Notes: generated from the letters alone by a model not told the origin. DNA of 63,463 nt, filler included, from an uncultured virus (IMG/VR IMGVR_UViG_2049941000_000142) (13 parts of one record of this genome joined end to end with filler, not necessarily neighbours in it); one strand, 5' to 3'; numbered from the whole stretch's first letter, positions 48,801 to 62,406 are shown. Numbers and translations: made by a program.

Positions 48801-51800
48801 TCTGTATGCGGATGAATATCCGGGATGGGGTATTAAGCTTTCTCAAAATATGAGAGACGCAATCAGAGAAATCCGCGCTGTACATAGAGAAGTGAGATAC
48901 GATGAGAAGCTTTCCAATATGTATGGTGCTACGGATGAGCATGAGATGCTGGCAGAACTTTCCAATCCTAAGTNNNNNNNNNNATCTCTGTGGGATAAGA
49001 TCGTTGATGCTTTCAAGAAATTCTTCGGCATTGAAACGAAGAACGCTCTTGATGCGGCTTCAGCCGGACTCGACTATCTCCTTGACAACTTTGACTACGA
49101 TGCCTACTTGAGATATGCTGATGTCCAGAACACCGCACACGGCGAGTCCTATCGTCTGACGGACAGAGCGAGAGACGCTGTCCATGAAGCGCGTTATCCC
49201 AATATGGTAAAACTGTGGGATGGCTCGTGGATTGACAGAGACTACGCTACCTGGAATGAAGAAGACCAGATATGGGAAGAGAAAGAACAGAAGACGGTTA
49301 TCTCCGATACTCCGATTGAAGTTGATGGTCTTGAGATTTATCCGGTAAACAACGGCGTTACAGAAACAATCGAGACCGACAGCGGACCGGTAATCACTGG
49401 TCGGTTCAGTGCTGATCCGAACGGCATTACTACAGTAACGTACTTTGCCGGCGCGGGTACACTCGACTACGCTATTAAAGACCGCATCTTCAACCTGTAC
49501 GCCGTTGAATGGGATCCGATGATCCGTGATACCTTTATTAAGAACAACGGCAACTCGGTTATGATAACAGACTCCGATGTGAATGCGGTAGAACCTGGTA
49601 CAGTACTTGCGGGTCATGTTGATTACTTCCACGCATCCCCTGTGTGCAAGAACTTCTCAAGGGCAAACAACAAAGCCGGAGAGCAGGAGATCGACAGAGA
49701 CTTTGCGAGATCTATCGTAAAAGCTTTGAAAGCATGGAAGCCGAAAGTGTTCACGCTTGAGAACGTAAGAGGATACATCGGATCTGACTCTCTCAAGATG
49801 GTGACTGATGCTCTTACCGAAGCCGGATACAAATTCGATTACGATGTTTACAGAGCGTCTGACTATGGCGCTTCTACCATCCGAGATCGCCTGTTTGTAC
49901 GTGCGGTTCTTGAAGGAGAACTTCCGGCTAAACCGGAGAAGACAGGCAGCAGAACGTGGTGGGAAGCAGTTGAGGATCTTATTCCGGAACTCGATGAAGG
50001 AACGATAACCGATGCAAGAAGACAGCGGTTAGAAGATATGGGCATCGACATCGAGAATCTCGATCAGCCGTTGCTTATCCTTAGCGGTACGAAGGGCAGA
50101 GAGATCCAGGTAGCATATGCCGATCAGCCGTCTCCGACTCTGATGACAAATGGCGATGAAGCCAGAATCATTCTGACGGACGGAACGATTAAGAAAGTTT
50201 CACCGGATGTGTTCGCAAGGATACAGGGCATAGGAGATGACTGGATTCATCCGAAGCAGATAAGAGATCCGAACAAAGTACATCAGACGAATGCGTTTAA
50301 GGTACTCGGCAATGGCGTTCCTGTAGAACTGTCCAGAGCGGTTATCAATCCGCTGCTCGATACGATTGATAAGAACAAGGGCAAAGCTAGTATCGAATAT
50401 TCAGATATCGACTATGCAAACACCACGAATGAAATCGGTCTAGACGAAGTCTTAAAGCATTCTTTTGAATCGGAAGATCATNNNNNNNNNNCTAGAAGCG
50501 TTGAACAAGGCTGCTGAACTTGCGAAAGCTCGTGGATTAGAAAATAGTTTCGGAATCCCAGAAGAGCGAAATAATGGTGCGTTCTGTGTATGGAATCCTA
50601 AGACCGATAGAACAACAACAGTTTTGGGTAAGCCTGTTAGAGTAGAGCCAAAAGTAAAGCGGAAGCCTGTAGTAGTTGAAGAAACAGAGACATATACTCC
50701 GGAGAGCAACATAGAACATAAGCAGGCTCAGTTCGATATCATTCAGAAAACGAATCCTGCAACTGACGATATCCATACTTGGATACGCTCTGTGGATGAT
50801 ATAAAGTCCTATGAGGAAGCACTCGCAGATGATGGTCTGTTGCTCGGTAAAGGCCAAGTGAAGCGTCTGACAGCGGTAACTCCGGACTATAAAACAAGCC
50901 AGATCGAAAGAGCTCTATGGGATGGTCGGATAACAGTCTACAGTAAACAGCCGATAGAAAACGGCGTATGGGTGTCTCCGTCTAAAATGGAAGCAAAGGC
51001 TTATGCTGGTGACGGCGAAACCTATTGGAAGAAAGTACCAATAGATTCTGTTGCCTGGGTTGATAGCGTTCAAGGTATGTACGCAGATACGATTGATAAG
51101 AACGAGGGCAGAGCGAGTATCGATGACACCTATGATAAGTATCAGAGCATTGCTCTTATTAAACCAGAGACGATGGATAACTGGTTGTCATCTGATGGGT
51201 TCGCTGCATCTAATCCGGACTATGCACAGGCATACATCGGATGGATTGGCCCAAGACAATTCCTTAGACTGACTACTCGCAATACAGAACAGCAGATAAG
51301 GGATGAAGGATGGTACGGAAATGTAGACGAAATGTCTAGAGTCGCACAGCGTGTTCCTATTCAGCTTATCATAGATTCCGAAACAGGCGAAGTAACAGGG
51401 CATGAGGGTCGGCACAGAATGGCAAAGCTTGAGAGCATGGATGTTGATCTTGTTCCGGTTCTGTTCTTTGACTATAACAATAAGTATAGTAAAGTTCCAA
51501 TCGATAGTATAACTCTCACCGGACAGTTTGATCCGAAGCGTGTAGTNNNNNNNNNNNNNNNNNNNNNNNNNNNNNNNNNNNNNNNNNNNNNNNNNNNNNN
51601 NNNNNNNNNNNNNNNNNNNNNNNNNNNNNNNNNNNNNNNNNNNNNNNNNNNNNNNNNNNNNNNNNNNNNNNNNNNNNNNNNNNNNNNNNNNNNNNNNNNN
51701 NNNNNNNNNNNNNNNNNNNNNNNNNNNNNNNNNNNNNNNNNNNNNNNNNNNNNNNNNNNNNNNNNNNNNNNNNNNNNNNNNNNNNNNNNNNNNNNNNNNN

Positions 51801-54800
51801 NNNNNNNNNNNNNNNNNNNNNNNNNNNNNNNNNNNNNNNNNNNNNNNNNNNNNNNNNNNNNNNNNNNNNNNNNNNNNNNNNNNNNNNNNNNNNNNNNNNN
51901 NNNNNNNNNNNNNNNNNNNTGACGAACGCAACGCCGTCCGTACTGTCCGATCATGTGTTCTACGCCGATGGCAATGCCTACGTTCAGACCGATGACGGAC
52001 AGACCGTAGTAATTAATAATGTAACCGGAGACTCACCGGAAGCCAAATACATTAATACACTGGAGACGATTAACAATGCTGACAGAACCGCAACGAAACC
52101 TTATACAATACCTGCTTCAACTCGGAATGCAGATGATGGATATAATCTCCGTGAACAGAATGCTGGCTTACGACGAGGATCGGAAGAAGTTTCTGAGGAA
52201 TATCAAGAAGAATCATCTGGACGCACAGGAAGCATTTCAGAACGCAATGAACAGGGTGAACCGCAGGGTACGGAGCAGGAAAGTGTAAAAGCTTCCCTCG
52301 ACTTCAGCAAGATCCCGAACATTCAGTTCTTTAACGAGGACGGCGAAGTAGTTACCTCATCCAACCTGTATCCGATTGGTTCATTCCAGAGAGAGGTACT
52401 CCTCGACATCGCATCCAATAACCTCGCCGGACTTGAGAGAACGATCAACGCTCTGTGGGGCAAGAACAATCCGCCGAGTGAAGAGGTAGTTAGTTCTCTC
52501 CGTAGTCAGATTCAGATCAACAATAAGCTGACTGATACAGAAAAGCGGAATCTGCAAAACAAACTCAACGAACTGATTCCGGAATACGGAGTACATCCGT
52601 TCGCTCATAAAGATCCTAAACGTGCTGATAAGCGCGAAGATGTGCATCTGCCGTTGCAGATCAACGATGATACGAAGACACGGAAGTTTGTTCAGACCGC
52701 AGCGCGTAATGCGGACCGTACAGAATTCTCTGATCAGGCTCTGCTTGCTGCTCTGCGTGAGGACATCAGTTCCTACGAACCGATCTCCGATGCAAAGGCA
52801 AGGAACTATGCGGAGACTATGCTCAACAACCCAGGGATACAACAGATGTATGTCNNNNNNNNNNNNNNNNNNNNNNNNNNNNNNNNNNNNNNNNNNNNNN
52901 NNNNNNNNNNNNNNNNNNNNNNNNNNNNNNNNNNNNNNNNNNNNNNNNNNNNNNNNNNNNNNNNNNNNNNNNNNNNNNNNNNNNNNNNNNNNNNNNNNNN
53001 NNNNNNNNNNNNNNNNNNNNNNNNNNNNNNNNNNNNNNNAAGTGGAATGCATGGCGTTATCTGGCAATGCTCGGTAACCCAAGGACTCATGTACGTAACC
53101 TCTTCGGTAACGGAATGTTTGCTCCGGCGGTGTTCGTTAAGGATCTGATCGCAAGGGAACTTGAGTCTCATACGAATCTGGTCGATCCGGAGAAACGCTC
53201 ACGGCTCGCAGGCGCGACTTTCGATAAGAACTCTGCCTACATGAGGTTTGCGGAAGAGAACTTCAAAGTAATGAAGGACATCCTCTCCGGTGAAGCTACG
53301 GACAACAAGTACACCAACCTCAACGAGATCATGAAGCTTCGTAAGATCTGGAGTGACGGACCGATAGGGCAGTTCATCAAAGGCGCTTCCGATCTGAACA
53401 GCAAAGGACTTGAAGCAGAAGACCTTATCTTCCTTAAACTGTACTACAAGAGAGCGTTCGCAGAGTTCCTGCAGGCGAGGGGTGTAAAGGAAGAAGACCT
53501 TAACTCTACCTGGGGTACTACCAAGGAAACCAAGAAAGTTATGTACGAAGCACAGGCATGGGCGTTGAGGGAAGCACAGCGGAATACGTACCGNNNNNNN
53601 NNNNNNNNNNNNNNNNNNNNNNNNGATAAGGAACGTGAGTTCGATACACTGCAGGGGCATCAGAACTGGTCAATCGAAATCGGCGATGTAAGCTACACGA
53701 TTGACTGGATGGCACCGGCTGCTCTGCCGCTGTTCGTTGGATGCTCTATCCACGATATGCTTCAGGGAGACTTCAACGCATTCACAGTATGGGATATCGG
53801 TACGGCATTGTCACGGATCGCTGAACCGCTTACCGCTCTGTCTATGCTCGATGGTCTCAACTCCACGCTGTCCTCTATCGCATCCGCACAGGAGAACTCC
53901 TCGCTGTCAACACTCGCCGGATCTATGCTGATGAGTTATGTCANNNNNNNNNNNNNNNNNNNTCCGGCCGCATTGCAGAAGTTCATTCAGAAATCCATTC
54001 AGGCTAAAGTGCCGGGATGGGAGAACCAGAAGATGGCTTATGTGGATGAGTGGGGAAGAACAGACAGTTCTGATACAGTAGGCGAGATTGTATGGAAGAT
54101 CGTTGAGAACTTCCTCTCTCCGGGTTACGGAAACAAGATCGTCTCTACTTCTGTTGATGACGAGCTCAAAAGACTTTACGAAACTACAAAGGACAACTCG
54201 GTACTTCCGAACAAGGGTGCTAAGTACCTGACCAACGAGGGCGAGANNNNNNNNNNACTACGCTGAACCAGTTGAAGCACAAGAACGCCGCATCTTACGT
54301 ACTGCTTGAGGGTCTTGTTCCGTTTACCAAGACTCCGCTTAATATCCTTAACAGAGGTATTGAGTACTCGCCGATCGGTCTTATCCAGAGTATCGTTACG
54401 CTGACAAGAGATTTGAGAAGCGGACAGTTTACCACAAGTGAAGCAATCGACAGACTCGCTGCCGGATATGCTGAGATCGGAAGAGCGTCGTNNNNNNNNN
54501 NNNNNNNNNNNNNNNNNNNNNNNNNNNNNNNNNNNNNNNNNNNNNNNNNNNNNNNNNNNNNNNNNNNNNNNNNNNNNNNNNNNNNNNNNNNNNNNNNNNN
54601 NNNNNNNNNNNAAAGACTTCACCGCCAAGGAATACGAAGAGTTCTCCAAGGTACGAGGCGCAACTGCTTTTGATCTGCTTACCGAGATCTTCGCCACGAG
54701 CGAATACCAGGCTCTTGACGATGACAACAAGAAGAAGATCATCGAGAGTGTCTACTCTTACGCAGACAGTATCGCAAAGCAGGAGATCGTACCTGACATG

Positions 54801-56402
54801 GCTCTGAGGTCAAAGTGGATGGATACAGCAAAGGCTATCGGACCGGCTGATTATATCCTTATCAAGAGCGACATCGATGACAGCAAGACAAACGAAAAGC
54901 TGTTCGCCTATCTCGCATCCAACCCACGGCTGAATGAATCCCAGATCGCAACCATCATAGCACAGAAGTACGATGCCCCGGATGAAGTGAAGAGCGTATC
55001 GAGCAACGGATACATTTACTCCCTTACTGAAGAAGATGAAGAAGCCATGAGCAACATCTTTGCTGAGGTAGTGAATGAACGCCTTGCAGAACTGCGGAGA
55101 GATCCGGCATACCTCAACGCTGATTCCAAAGAGCAGGGAAGACTGATCAACGATCTGTACGCCCAGGCGAAGGAAGATACCAAGACGCTTTATGGCTCTA
55201 TGCTTGATGGAAGCGGAAGAGCGATGGAACTTGGAAAGGCAAGTTCTGTCGGCAGGGAAGCATTCCAGATTGTACTCGATGTTGACGGCGGTACATCAGA
55301 GCAGGCGGGATGGCTATCCGATATGTACTCCGCTGATAAATCGATTAAAAACCCACTGCACTCCGGTTTTAATCTGAGCCTTGACAACGCACAGCGCAGA
55401 GAACTGAAACAGGAATTCGCCAACGCATGGAACACGGCATACAAAGACCTTGTTAATTCGGCAGAGTTCAAGTCCGCTCCGAGCAGAGCGTACAAGAACA
55501 ACATGATCGCTGACAGATACAATGCCGTAGCACAGCAGGTAGAAGAAGCATACGCTGCCAGCGTGTATCGGAGCGGAAAGTACACGGAGACATTCGGTAC
55601 TCCGAGCGGATATACGTGGGGTGAAGCGTACTCCATCGCAAAGACAAACCTTAAGACTCCTGCGGAACAGGCAGAGTGGCTGGCACAGAAGTACAGCACC
55701 GGATCGAAGATCAATAACCCCGACCGGAGTGCGTTCGTGATCTCGCTCACAGGCGCACAGCAGGCGGAGATTAAAGAAGACTTCGTGAAAGAGTTCGTAC
55801 CGAGATACACCACGCTCGTGTCCTCAAGCGGATGGAGCAGTTTGTCAGAGGAACAGAGACAGGCTCGTATCAATGACCTGCAGAAGAAAGTAACATCTGT
55901 TGTCGAGGATGCCTACGCAAGGAAGATTGTCGACAGAGGTTACTACTCCGAGGAACTCAGTACTGACTCAAGCTATGAAAAGTACTACACCATGCTTTCC
56001 ACCGAGAAGCTTACCGATACACAGAGGAAGCAGCTTCTTAAAGACAAGTATGTGGGCGGAACGATCTCCAATCCCGAAGCGAAAGAGTACCGCATCCAGG
56101 TGTACCGGAAATTCATAGATGACAACTACGGAAAGTACGTGAAGAACGGAACTGCCGCAGAGTTTGAGAAGCTTCATACAGAAGCATCCAATGCTTCCGG
56201 CGATGCTGTTAAGAAGAAATATGGTATCAAGAAGCTTGCCGATGTGCCGGACATTGAATACCCATCGTCCGGTGCAGTAAGTCTTACGACCGGCTACACT
56301 CCTACGAAACCTATTATTCCGATAGCAAGCACCAAGCCGAAAACAACTACAACTCAACAGAGCGGACTCGCTTCCAAGTACGGAGTGATCCCTCGTAAAT
56401 AA
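36846..56402 (+). CDS. Giant polyvalent virion protein, probably one ORF of >5,500 aa broken by gaps
   Basis: One RBS/start at 36846 and one stop plus terminator at 56402. Intervening contigs have an open + frame, except the stray 43586-43712 piece. HExxH, ART-like, C5-MTase, ParB-like and LPD38-like segments. Confidence 0.72.
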
Positions 56403-56405
56403 GAA

Positions 56406-56446
56406 CAGCCCCTTACTACATTAGTAGTAAGGGGTTTCTTTTTTTA
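56406..56446. terminator. Intrinsic terminator between convergent arms
   Basis: CCCCTTACTAC-ATTA-GTAGTAAGGGG followed by a T-run. Confidence 0.85.
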
Positions 56447-56709
56447 TTCTATAAAACGATATTCGCGCCTTTTAACCAAAAGCTTTCCGGGCATCTTCCT
56501 CATTATCGAAGAATCGACACGCCCACCAGGTGTTATTATTAATGGAGTAGTACTTAAAGAAGTCGTAGAGGTTTCCATGTGCTAAATCCATCGCGGCTAT
56601 ACGGCAGGCATTGGCAAAGTTCTCGGCTTTATACGTTCCGATGAACTGCGCTGTGTTCGCCTGTCCGGTTGCCGAATAACCCTCGATCCACACATCGAAC
56701 ATAATTAGA

Positions 56710-57316
56710 TCATCCATTGTCTATACCCATCAGTTCTTTGGCATAGGGGAGACCCTTAATCCAGTCGCAGAAGGTATGCCACTCATCAAGCTTGTGATCT
56801 TTCCTCGCATGGTAGATTCGCTTCAATACCTGGTAGTTCGCCATCCATGTCCGCTTCTGGTTATAGGAAGAGGGGAGAAGCTGGATAAGCTGCCACCAGT
56901 AAGTCTTGTCCTTTGTTTCCAGATACTTATCCCTATAAGCGTTGAGAAGACCGACTGTGTCATACAAATGATCTGTAGCGCAANNNNNNNNNNATCGTAC
57001 TGCAGCTGTCGGCTACAGTACCGATCTTGTAAGTATCCATTTCCTTCCACCAGTAAAGTGGCGCGGTTATGTCGCAGGATACTGTGATCATACGCAGGAA
57101 CTTCCCATGATCATCTCCGGCATTTGCCAAAGTTTTTGCGAGATTCAGATCTCTGGGGCCGAGGACAAACGCCGGGAGAGTAAGCACACCGGGCGCATCA
57201 TTCGGCGGAAGTAGGGCATAATAGCTGTCTATTTTATCCCATGAGTTTTTCGGATTCCGCATACCGCGTATAGCTACTTCGAACCCATGCACATCTGTGC
57301 CTTCTATTTTAATCAT
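56710..57316 (-). CDS. Conserved phage protein, possibly ThyX-like (internal gap)
   Basis: RGMRNP.NSW, HGKFLRMI, APLYWWKEMDTYK, LLPSSYNQKRT, RKDHKLDEW. Confidence 0.55.
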
Positions 57317-58079
57317 AATATATTTCTCCCATTTAACGTAGATGTATAAATAGTTGAAGGGTCAATCTTTCCGGTTGCGACACCCCGAAATACCGAAGAG
57401 CAGGCATTGTGTCTTAAAGAATTAAGGCACTCGTCAACCTTCTTCTGCTCGTTAACGATCTCGGCTTCTCCTTCCTCTTTTTTCTTCTGCTGATACTCCT
57501 CTATGTCTTTCAGCCACGCCTTCTGAAGTTCGCTTACTTCTTTTGGCTTAATAACCGGAAGCAGAAGATAGCCGAATATAGTATTAGGATAAACATAATA
57601 AGCCGTAAATGAAGTGCTTGGATTTCTATAAGACATACAGTGCAAGGTAGGACTGTAACCCCACTTCTCCGGAGCAATCTTTGAAAGGGTAAGCAGATCT
57701 TTTAAGGGCAGATGAGGGCTGTCACCTACCTCTATCGACCGATACATCCCCTGTGCAACAACAGCAGCAATAGCCAATATAGTCCCAAGTGCGCAAAGTG
57801 CAGTCAGCATTCTTCATCCTCATCTTTCTGTACCATAAAATCATCAAGAGGGTCTAGCGGTGTTTCGTCATTCACAATAGGACACCAATCCGGTCTGCGC
57901 TGATACCGCTGTAGAACTACCTCTCTTACAAACTGTCCGTGATACCGGCAATAGTATTCCGGATTCGGCCATTGATGGTAATAATACCAGCATTGCCTGC
58001 AGTTAACCTTTCCGTGTTTCTTCTTTTCTTTTACAGGTTTCTTCCACTCTTCTTCCTGCGGTTCTTCCNNNNNNNNNNC

Positions 58080-59255
58080 TTGTGTAGCTGAAGCCGAATA
58101 TGCCGAAGTGGTCTCTCGCCTGACTTATCGAATACTCATCCGAACCTTTGGCATAGGTACGATAGTTGTTTATAATATATGGAAGAAGATCATACCGCAG
58201 TTCATGAGTAAGCTGATTCCCATCGAGTTCCATAACCGGATGCCCCTCNNNNNNNNNNNNNNNNNNNNNNNNNNNNNNNNNNNNNNNNNNNNNNNNNNNN
58301 NNNNNNNNNNNNNNNNNNNNNNNNNNNTTGATCCGTAATAGGGGAGCGTGACAACGATTGACGGCTGCATTCGTCCGATGTCGATCATATTGTCCAGAAC
58401 ATTCTTAAACTGTACGCTGTACAATTCCGCAGAATAGCGATGCGCTCTGCTCAGATAGCAGGAGTAGGGCATATCCATTCCGGGCAGAAGGACAACTACG
58501 TTATAGTCCTGGAGCGGATCATAGCCATACGGAAGATAAATACAGATTGGTTTCTTGAAAGCAGTGGGACTATTCCCACTGTACCAATGCGTGTGGTANN
58601 NNNNNNNNTTCTCACGGAAGTACTGAAGATCACACTCGTATGTTGCCCAGCCTAGGTCACCGCTAAGATATAGATCTGCCCCGTGCAGTAGGCACATAAC
58701 ATCGTATACCAGTTCCGAGATCTCTTTATCGCACATGACATCACTCTCGGTAACTTTTTCAACAGCATTATCATACCATTCGCCGGAGTCAAGACCCCAC
58801 CTTATCGGCACACCCGGAAACAACTCGGCTGCGAGAGCATCGTCTTTATAATCGAATCTGCCACCGATCATATACTTACTTCTTTCCTGTCATGATCGTC
58901 CGGCAAATCAAAAGTATCACTAAAGAAATTACATAAGCAGTTCACGATGGCTGTATCGTAGGTTCGCGCATCGTGTCCGGTATTAGGGAGAATAACGAAG
59001 TCGCTCTTATCCGCAAGACCATGAACCCTGCCACAGAAAGTCCTGTACATTTCAATAGTCTGCTCTCTGGCATCATCCCTGTCTCCGCACCCTACATATA
59101 GATAATGTATAGGATACTTCTCCTGATCTTCATTAACGACTTTGATAGCGTCGGACAGAGGGGAGTGGAATATGGAAGACGCGCCGAACCAGGAGAACAG
59201 ATCCAGGCACTCAGGCATAATGTACTTAAGGATCATCGTGCTTGTGTAGCTGAAG
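58080..59255 (-). CDS. Alpha/beta-hydrolase esterase (Fes/CE1-like) in three shuffled fragments
   Basis: IYLPYGYDP..YNVVVLLPG, ELRYDLLPYI..Y, RDHFGIFGFSY, LYVGCGDRD, TGHD. Confidence 0.7.
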
Positions 59256-59536
59256 CAGGAGAACTCCTCGCTGTCANNNNNNNNNNNNNNNNNNNNNNNN
59301 NNNNNNNNNNNNNNNNNNNNTTAATTAATTAANNNNNNNNNNNNNNNNNNNNNNNNNNNNNNNNNNNNNNNNNNNNACATTCCCCACCATTACGCCATTT
59401 CCACTCCCCATGCCTGACTTCCGCAACATCTGCGGATGGGATATTCTTGATTGCCCTAACAGGAACAGCTTCTTCTTTCAACCCTTGCGAGTAGTAATCT
59501 CTTGACAGAACAAACAAATCATTACGCTTGATGTAG

Positions 59537-59902
59537 TCAGCCATCTGTCTCTCCCTTTGGCGGCTCTGGCAGGGGCATCCATGCTTTAACTCTGCCTTTA
59601 TAATAACTCCAATACGGTATGTCAGTTGTATTGCTTATAACCATTCGGTCAATTTTAACCTCATCACCGTGAATTGCAGAGTGCATATATACCGCTACCA
59701 TTTCCCCAAGTTTAGGCAACCGCTCCGTCACGGAAATCCACTTCATCGGCTTTTGCAGTTCCTCTATAGCATCTGCTGCATCACCGACTATCTTTGTCAT
59801 GCACTTCACAGGATTATTTCGGTCTTCGTGGTATGGGCAATGCTCCTCGCATATACAATCATTGCATTCTCGCAAGATTTTAAGAAGTTCATCGTACTTC
59901 AT
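59537..59902 (-). CDS. DUF551-family protein
   Basis: WISVTERLP ... AWMPLPEPP. Confidence 0.8.
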   Translation of the reverse strand: MKYDELLKILRECNDCICEEHCPYHEDRNNPVKCMTKIVGDAADAIEELQKPMKWISVTERLPKLGEMVAVYMHSAIHGDEVKIDRMVISNTTDIPYWSYYKGRVKAWMPLPEPPKGETDG

Positions 59903-60434
59903 ACCATCACCTCTACTTCTTTCTCTTTTTAATTGGCCTGTTTTCTATTATGCTAACAATAATAATACATAAAAGAATTAGAATCCCANNNNNNNNNNCG
60001 TTTATATTCCATCATTCACCATCCATTCAATTATAGGGGCATTTGTCAGTCCACAGATATTCGCAATCAGACTGAAACCCATCCATAGGGCAGGGCGTAT
60101 TCGGCGGACAGGACTTTTCTCCCGTCTTGGTAGTGACACTAATGTCCTTAGCAGATGTACCGCTGAGAATGGTATCTCTGACAGTAGTCAGTAGGTTAAT
60201 CTCCGCATTCACGTTTACCCACTCGCCGTTGTCCGTGTACCAGAGAATATCTCCGGATTTATACGAGACAGAGGAAGGCGGTTCAAACGAGATCAGAGTA
60301 TAGAGCCGATCAAATAACTTCTCAGCTTTTTTCGAATCTCTTATATAGACATAGATAGCATCGTACTCGATATCTTCCAGCGTGTAACGTGTAATGAAGT
60401 TATCATCAAAGAACTGTACNNNNNNNNNNAATCC

Positions 60435-60824
60435 TCATAGCTTCTCCTCTTCCGAATGTAATTGCCCAGGAAGTTTTGGCAAGGGCATCCAATGAGTTAC
60501 AAATTTATATTTCTCATATTCCTCAACCGGGTCGTACCAGTTGGGAGTATCTTTATACATATAAAAGACCGCTTCATGAACTTCAGGCTCTCCCCAGTCC
60601 AGAACCACCAGATAGTTTCCATTCTCTTCCGGTAGTCTCCGGTCTACCGGAATCCATTCGGCTTCGATCTTTCCTTTGTACTCACGATCCCACCATGAGC
60701 AGGTTTTATCCGTCTGAAGATCGCAGTAGATATCGCAGTACAGACAGGGGCCAAACTGAAGCCGTGTCTTTCTTCCCTCGCATCCGAAGCCAAAGACCTC
60801 TTTAAACTTTTCTTCGTTAGTCAT
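60435..60824 (-). CDS. DUF551-family protein
   Basis: WIPVDRRLP ... VTHWMPLP. Confidence 0.8.
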   Translation of the reverse strand: MTNEEKFKEVFGFGCEGRKTRLQFGPCLYCDIYCDLQTDKTCSWWDREYKGKIEAEWIPVDRRLPEENGNYLVVLDWGEPEVHEAVFYMYKDTPNWYDPVEEYEKYKFVTHWMPLPKLPGQLHSEEEKL

Positions 60825-62406
60825 ACAGACCCTTCTCCTTTATTTAACAGGAGCAACCCAGCCGTACAGAATCATCCATGTCCAGAACTTTCTCTCTTCT
60901 TCTGTTTTAATGTTTACAGTAAAAGTCTCAGGCATATGGGTGTCATCGAGCGACCTGGATATTTCCGCTATCTTATCTGCCAGATTCATATCTACCCCCA
61001 CGGATCTACATATCCGTTTTCCTTAATCCATTCTTTCTGCCGACGATCCTGCTCATCCCAATAGGCTTTCGTTAATCGATTACGATATCCAGTAACGAGC
61101 TCCAGATCCCCGGTCAGTTCCTGGATTTTGTTTGCCATCTCGATCGCTATCGACCAAAGGGATTCAGTCTTCTTTTCGTTAGTCACGTTGCTGATCACCT
61201 TTCTTACAGAACTTCTTTTTCAGCTTATCTGCCCCATCTATGATACAGGCAACACCATAAAGAAGCAGAACAATTAGAAAGAAAGCAATTGCTATCAACT
61301 CTTTAATCGAAACAACTATCTCCATTATCGCACCATAAATCTTTCAAATGATCATAAGCGTAATCCGCCTTAATAGCTTCCTCATCAATCTCCTGCCGAT
61401 CAGACCAGTCATAAGCATCCTCTGAATCTATACAGCAGTCGCAGCCAAGGACATCTCCGGTTTTCTTATCGGTATAAATAGTTTCGCATTCCTCACCGCA
61501 GATAGGACAGGCAGGAACTTCACTCATCGTCCGGCTCCTTCGGCGGATGATTGTTCCGCCACCACCCTACGCTGGTCTCTCCGGTAACAGAGTTCGTCCA
61601 CACCTGAACAGTACAGTCCGTGAAGATCTCTTCCTGGTCATACAGATTTGTCTCAACCTTCTGGATCTTTGGCCGCGGTTTCATAAACAAGATTACCAGG
61701 TTGATAGTAAACAGAACAATCGCTAGTACCTCTAAGATATGCACCCTCTATTCTCTCCTTTGCACAGTCATCACACCTGCTCTCGTACTCATCACGATCC
61801 ATGAACACAACTTTGTTGCGATCCGAGTTGTGGGCATATACATAATTTATAATCCACAGATCTTCCTCTCGGCTCAGCATCACACAGTACTCGTTCTTCC
61901 CATTCAGAAGAACATCAAGAATATGATAAGCATCCGCAGCAGTTCTAACGGATATCTCACCAACAGACTCACCCAGCATTTGGCTTTCTCCTTGCCGTCT
62001 TCCTCGTTTCCGTTTTCGGTACTTCCGGACTCTCCGGCTCTTTCTTCTTTCCGGTCAGCTTGCCTATGGACTCAAGAAGCGCCGAGATAGAAGCAGAGGA
62101 CAACTCGCCATCATGGTCATCAAGCCTGGAGTCCAGAAGAAACACCCCGGTTAAAGATGAGGTATTACCACCGAGAGTCTTCTCGATATTAACTCTCGCA
62201 ACCACAGGATCTACACCGATGATGGCGTTGTCCAGTTCAATCGTGTACTTAATTTTCNNNNNNNNNNAAATCAATCCCCCAAAAAAGTAATAGCTAAGTC
62301 TGTTCACGCTACAAAACAGACCTAGCTAACTACAATTTGTAGTGAATCAGCGTTGCAAAAGTGTTGCAATCGCAGATTTTCGGCATTGGTTTTTTGCTGT
62401 AACCAC

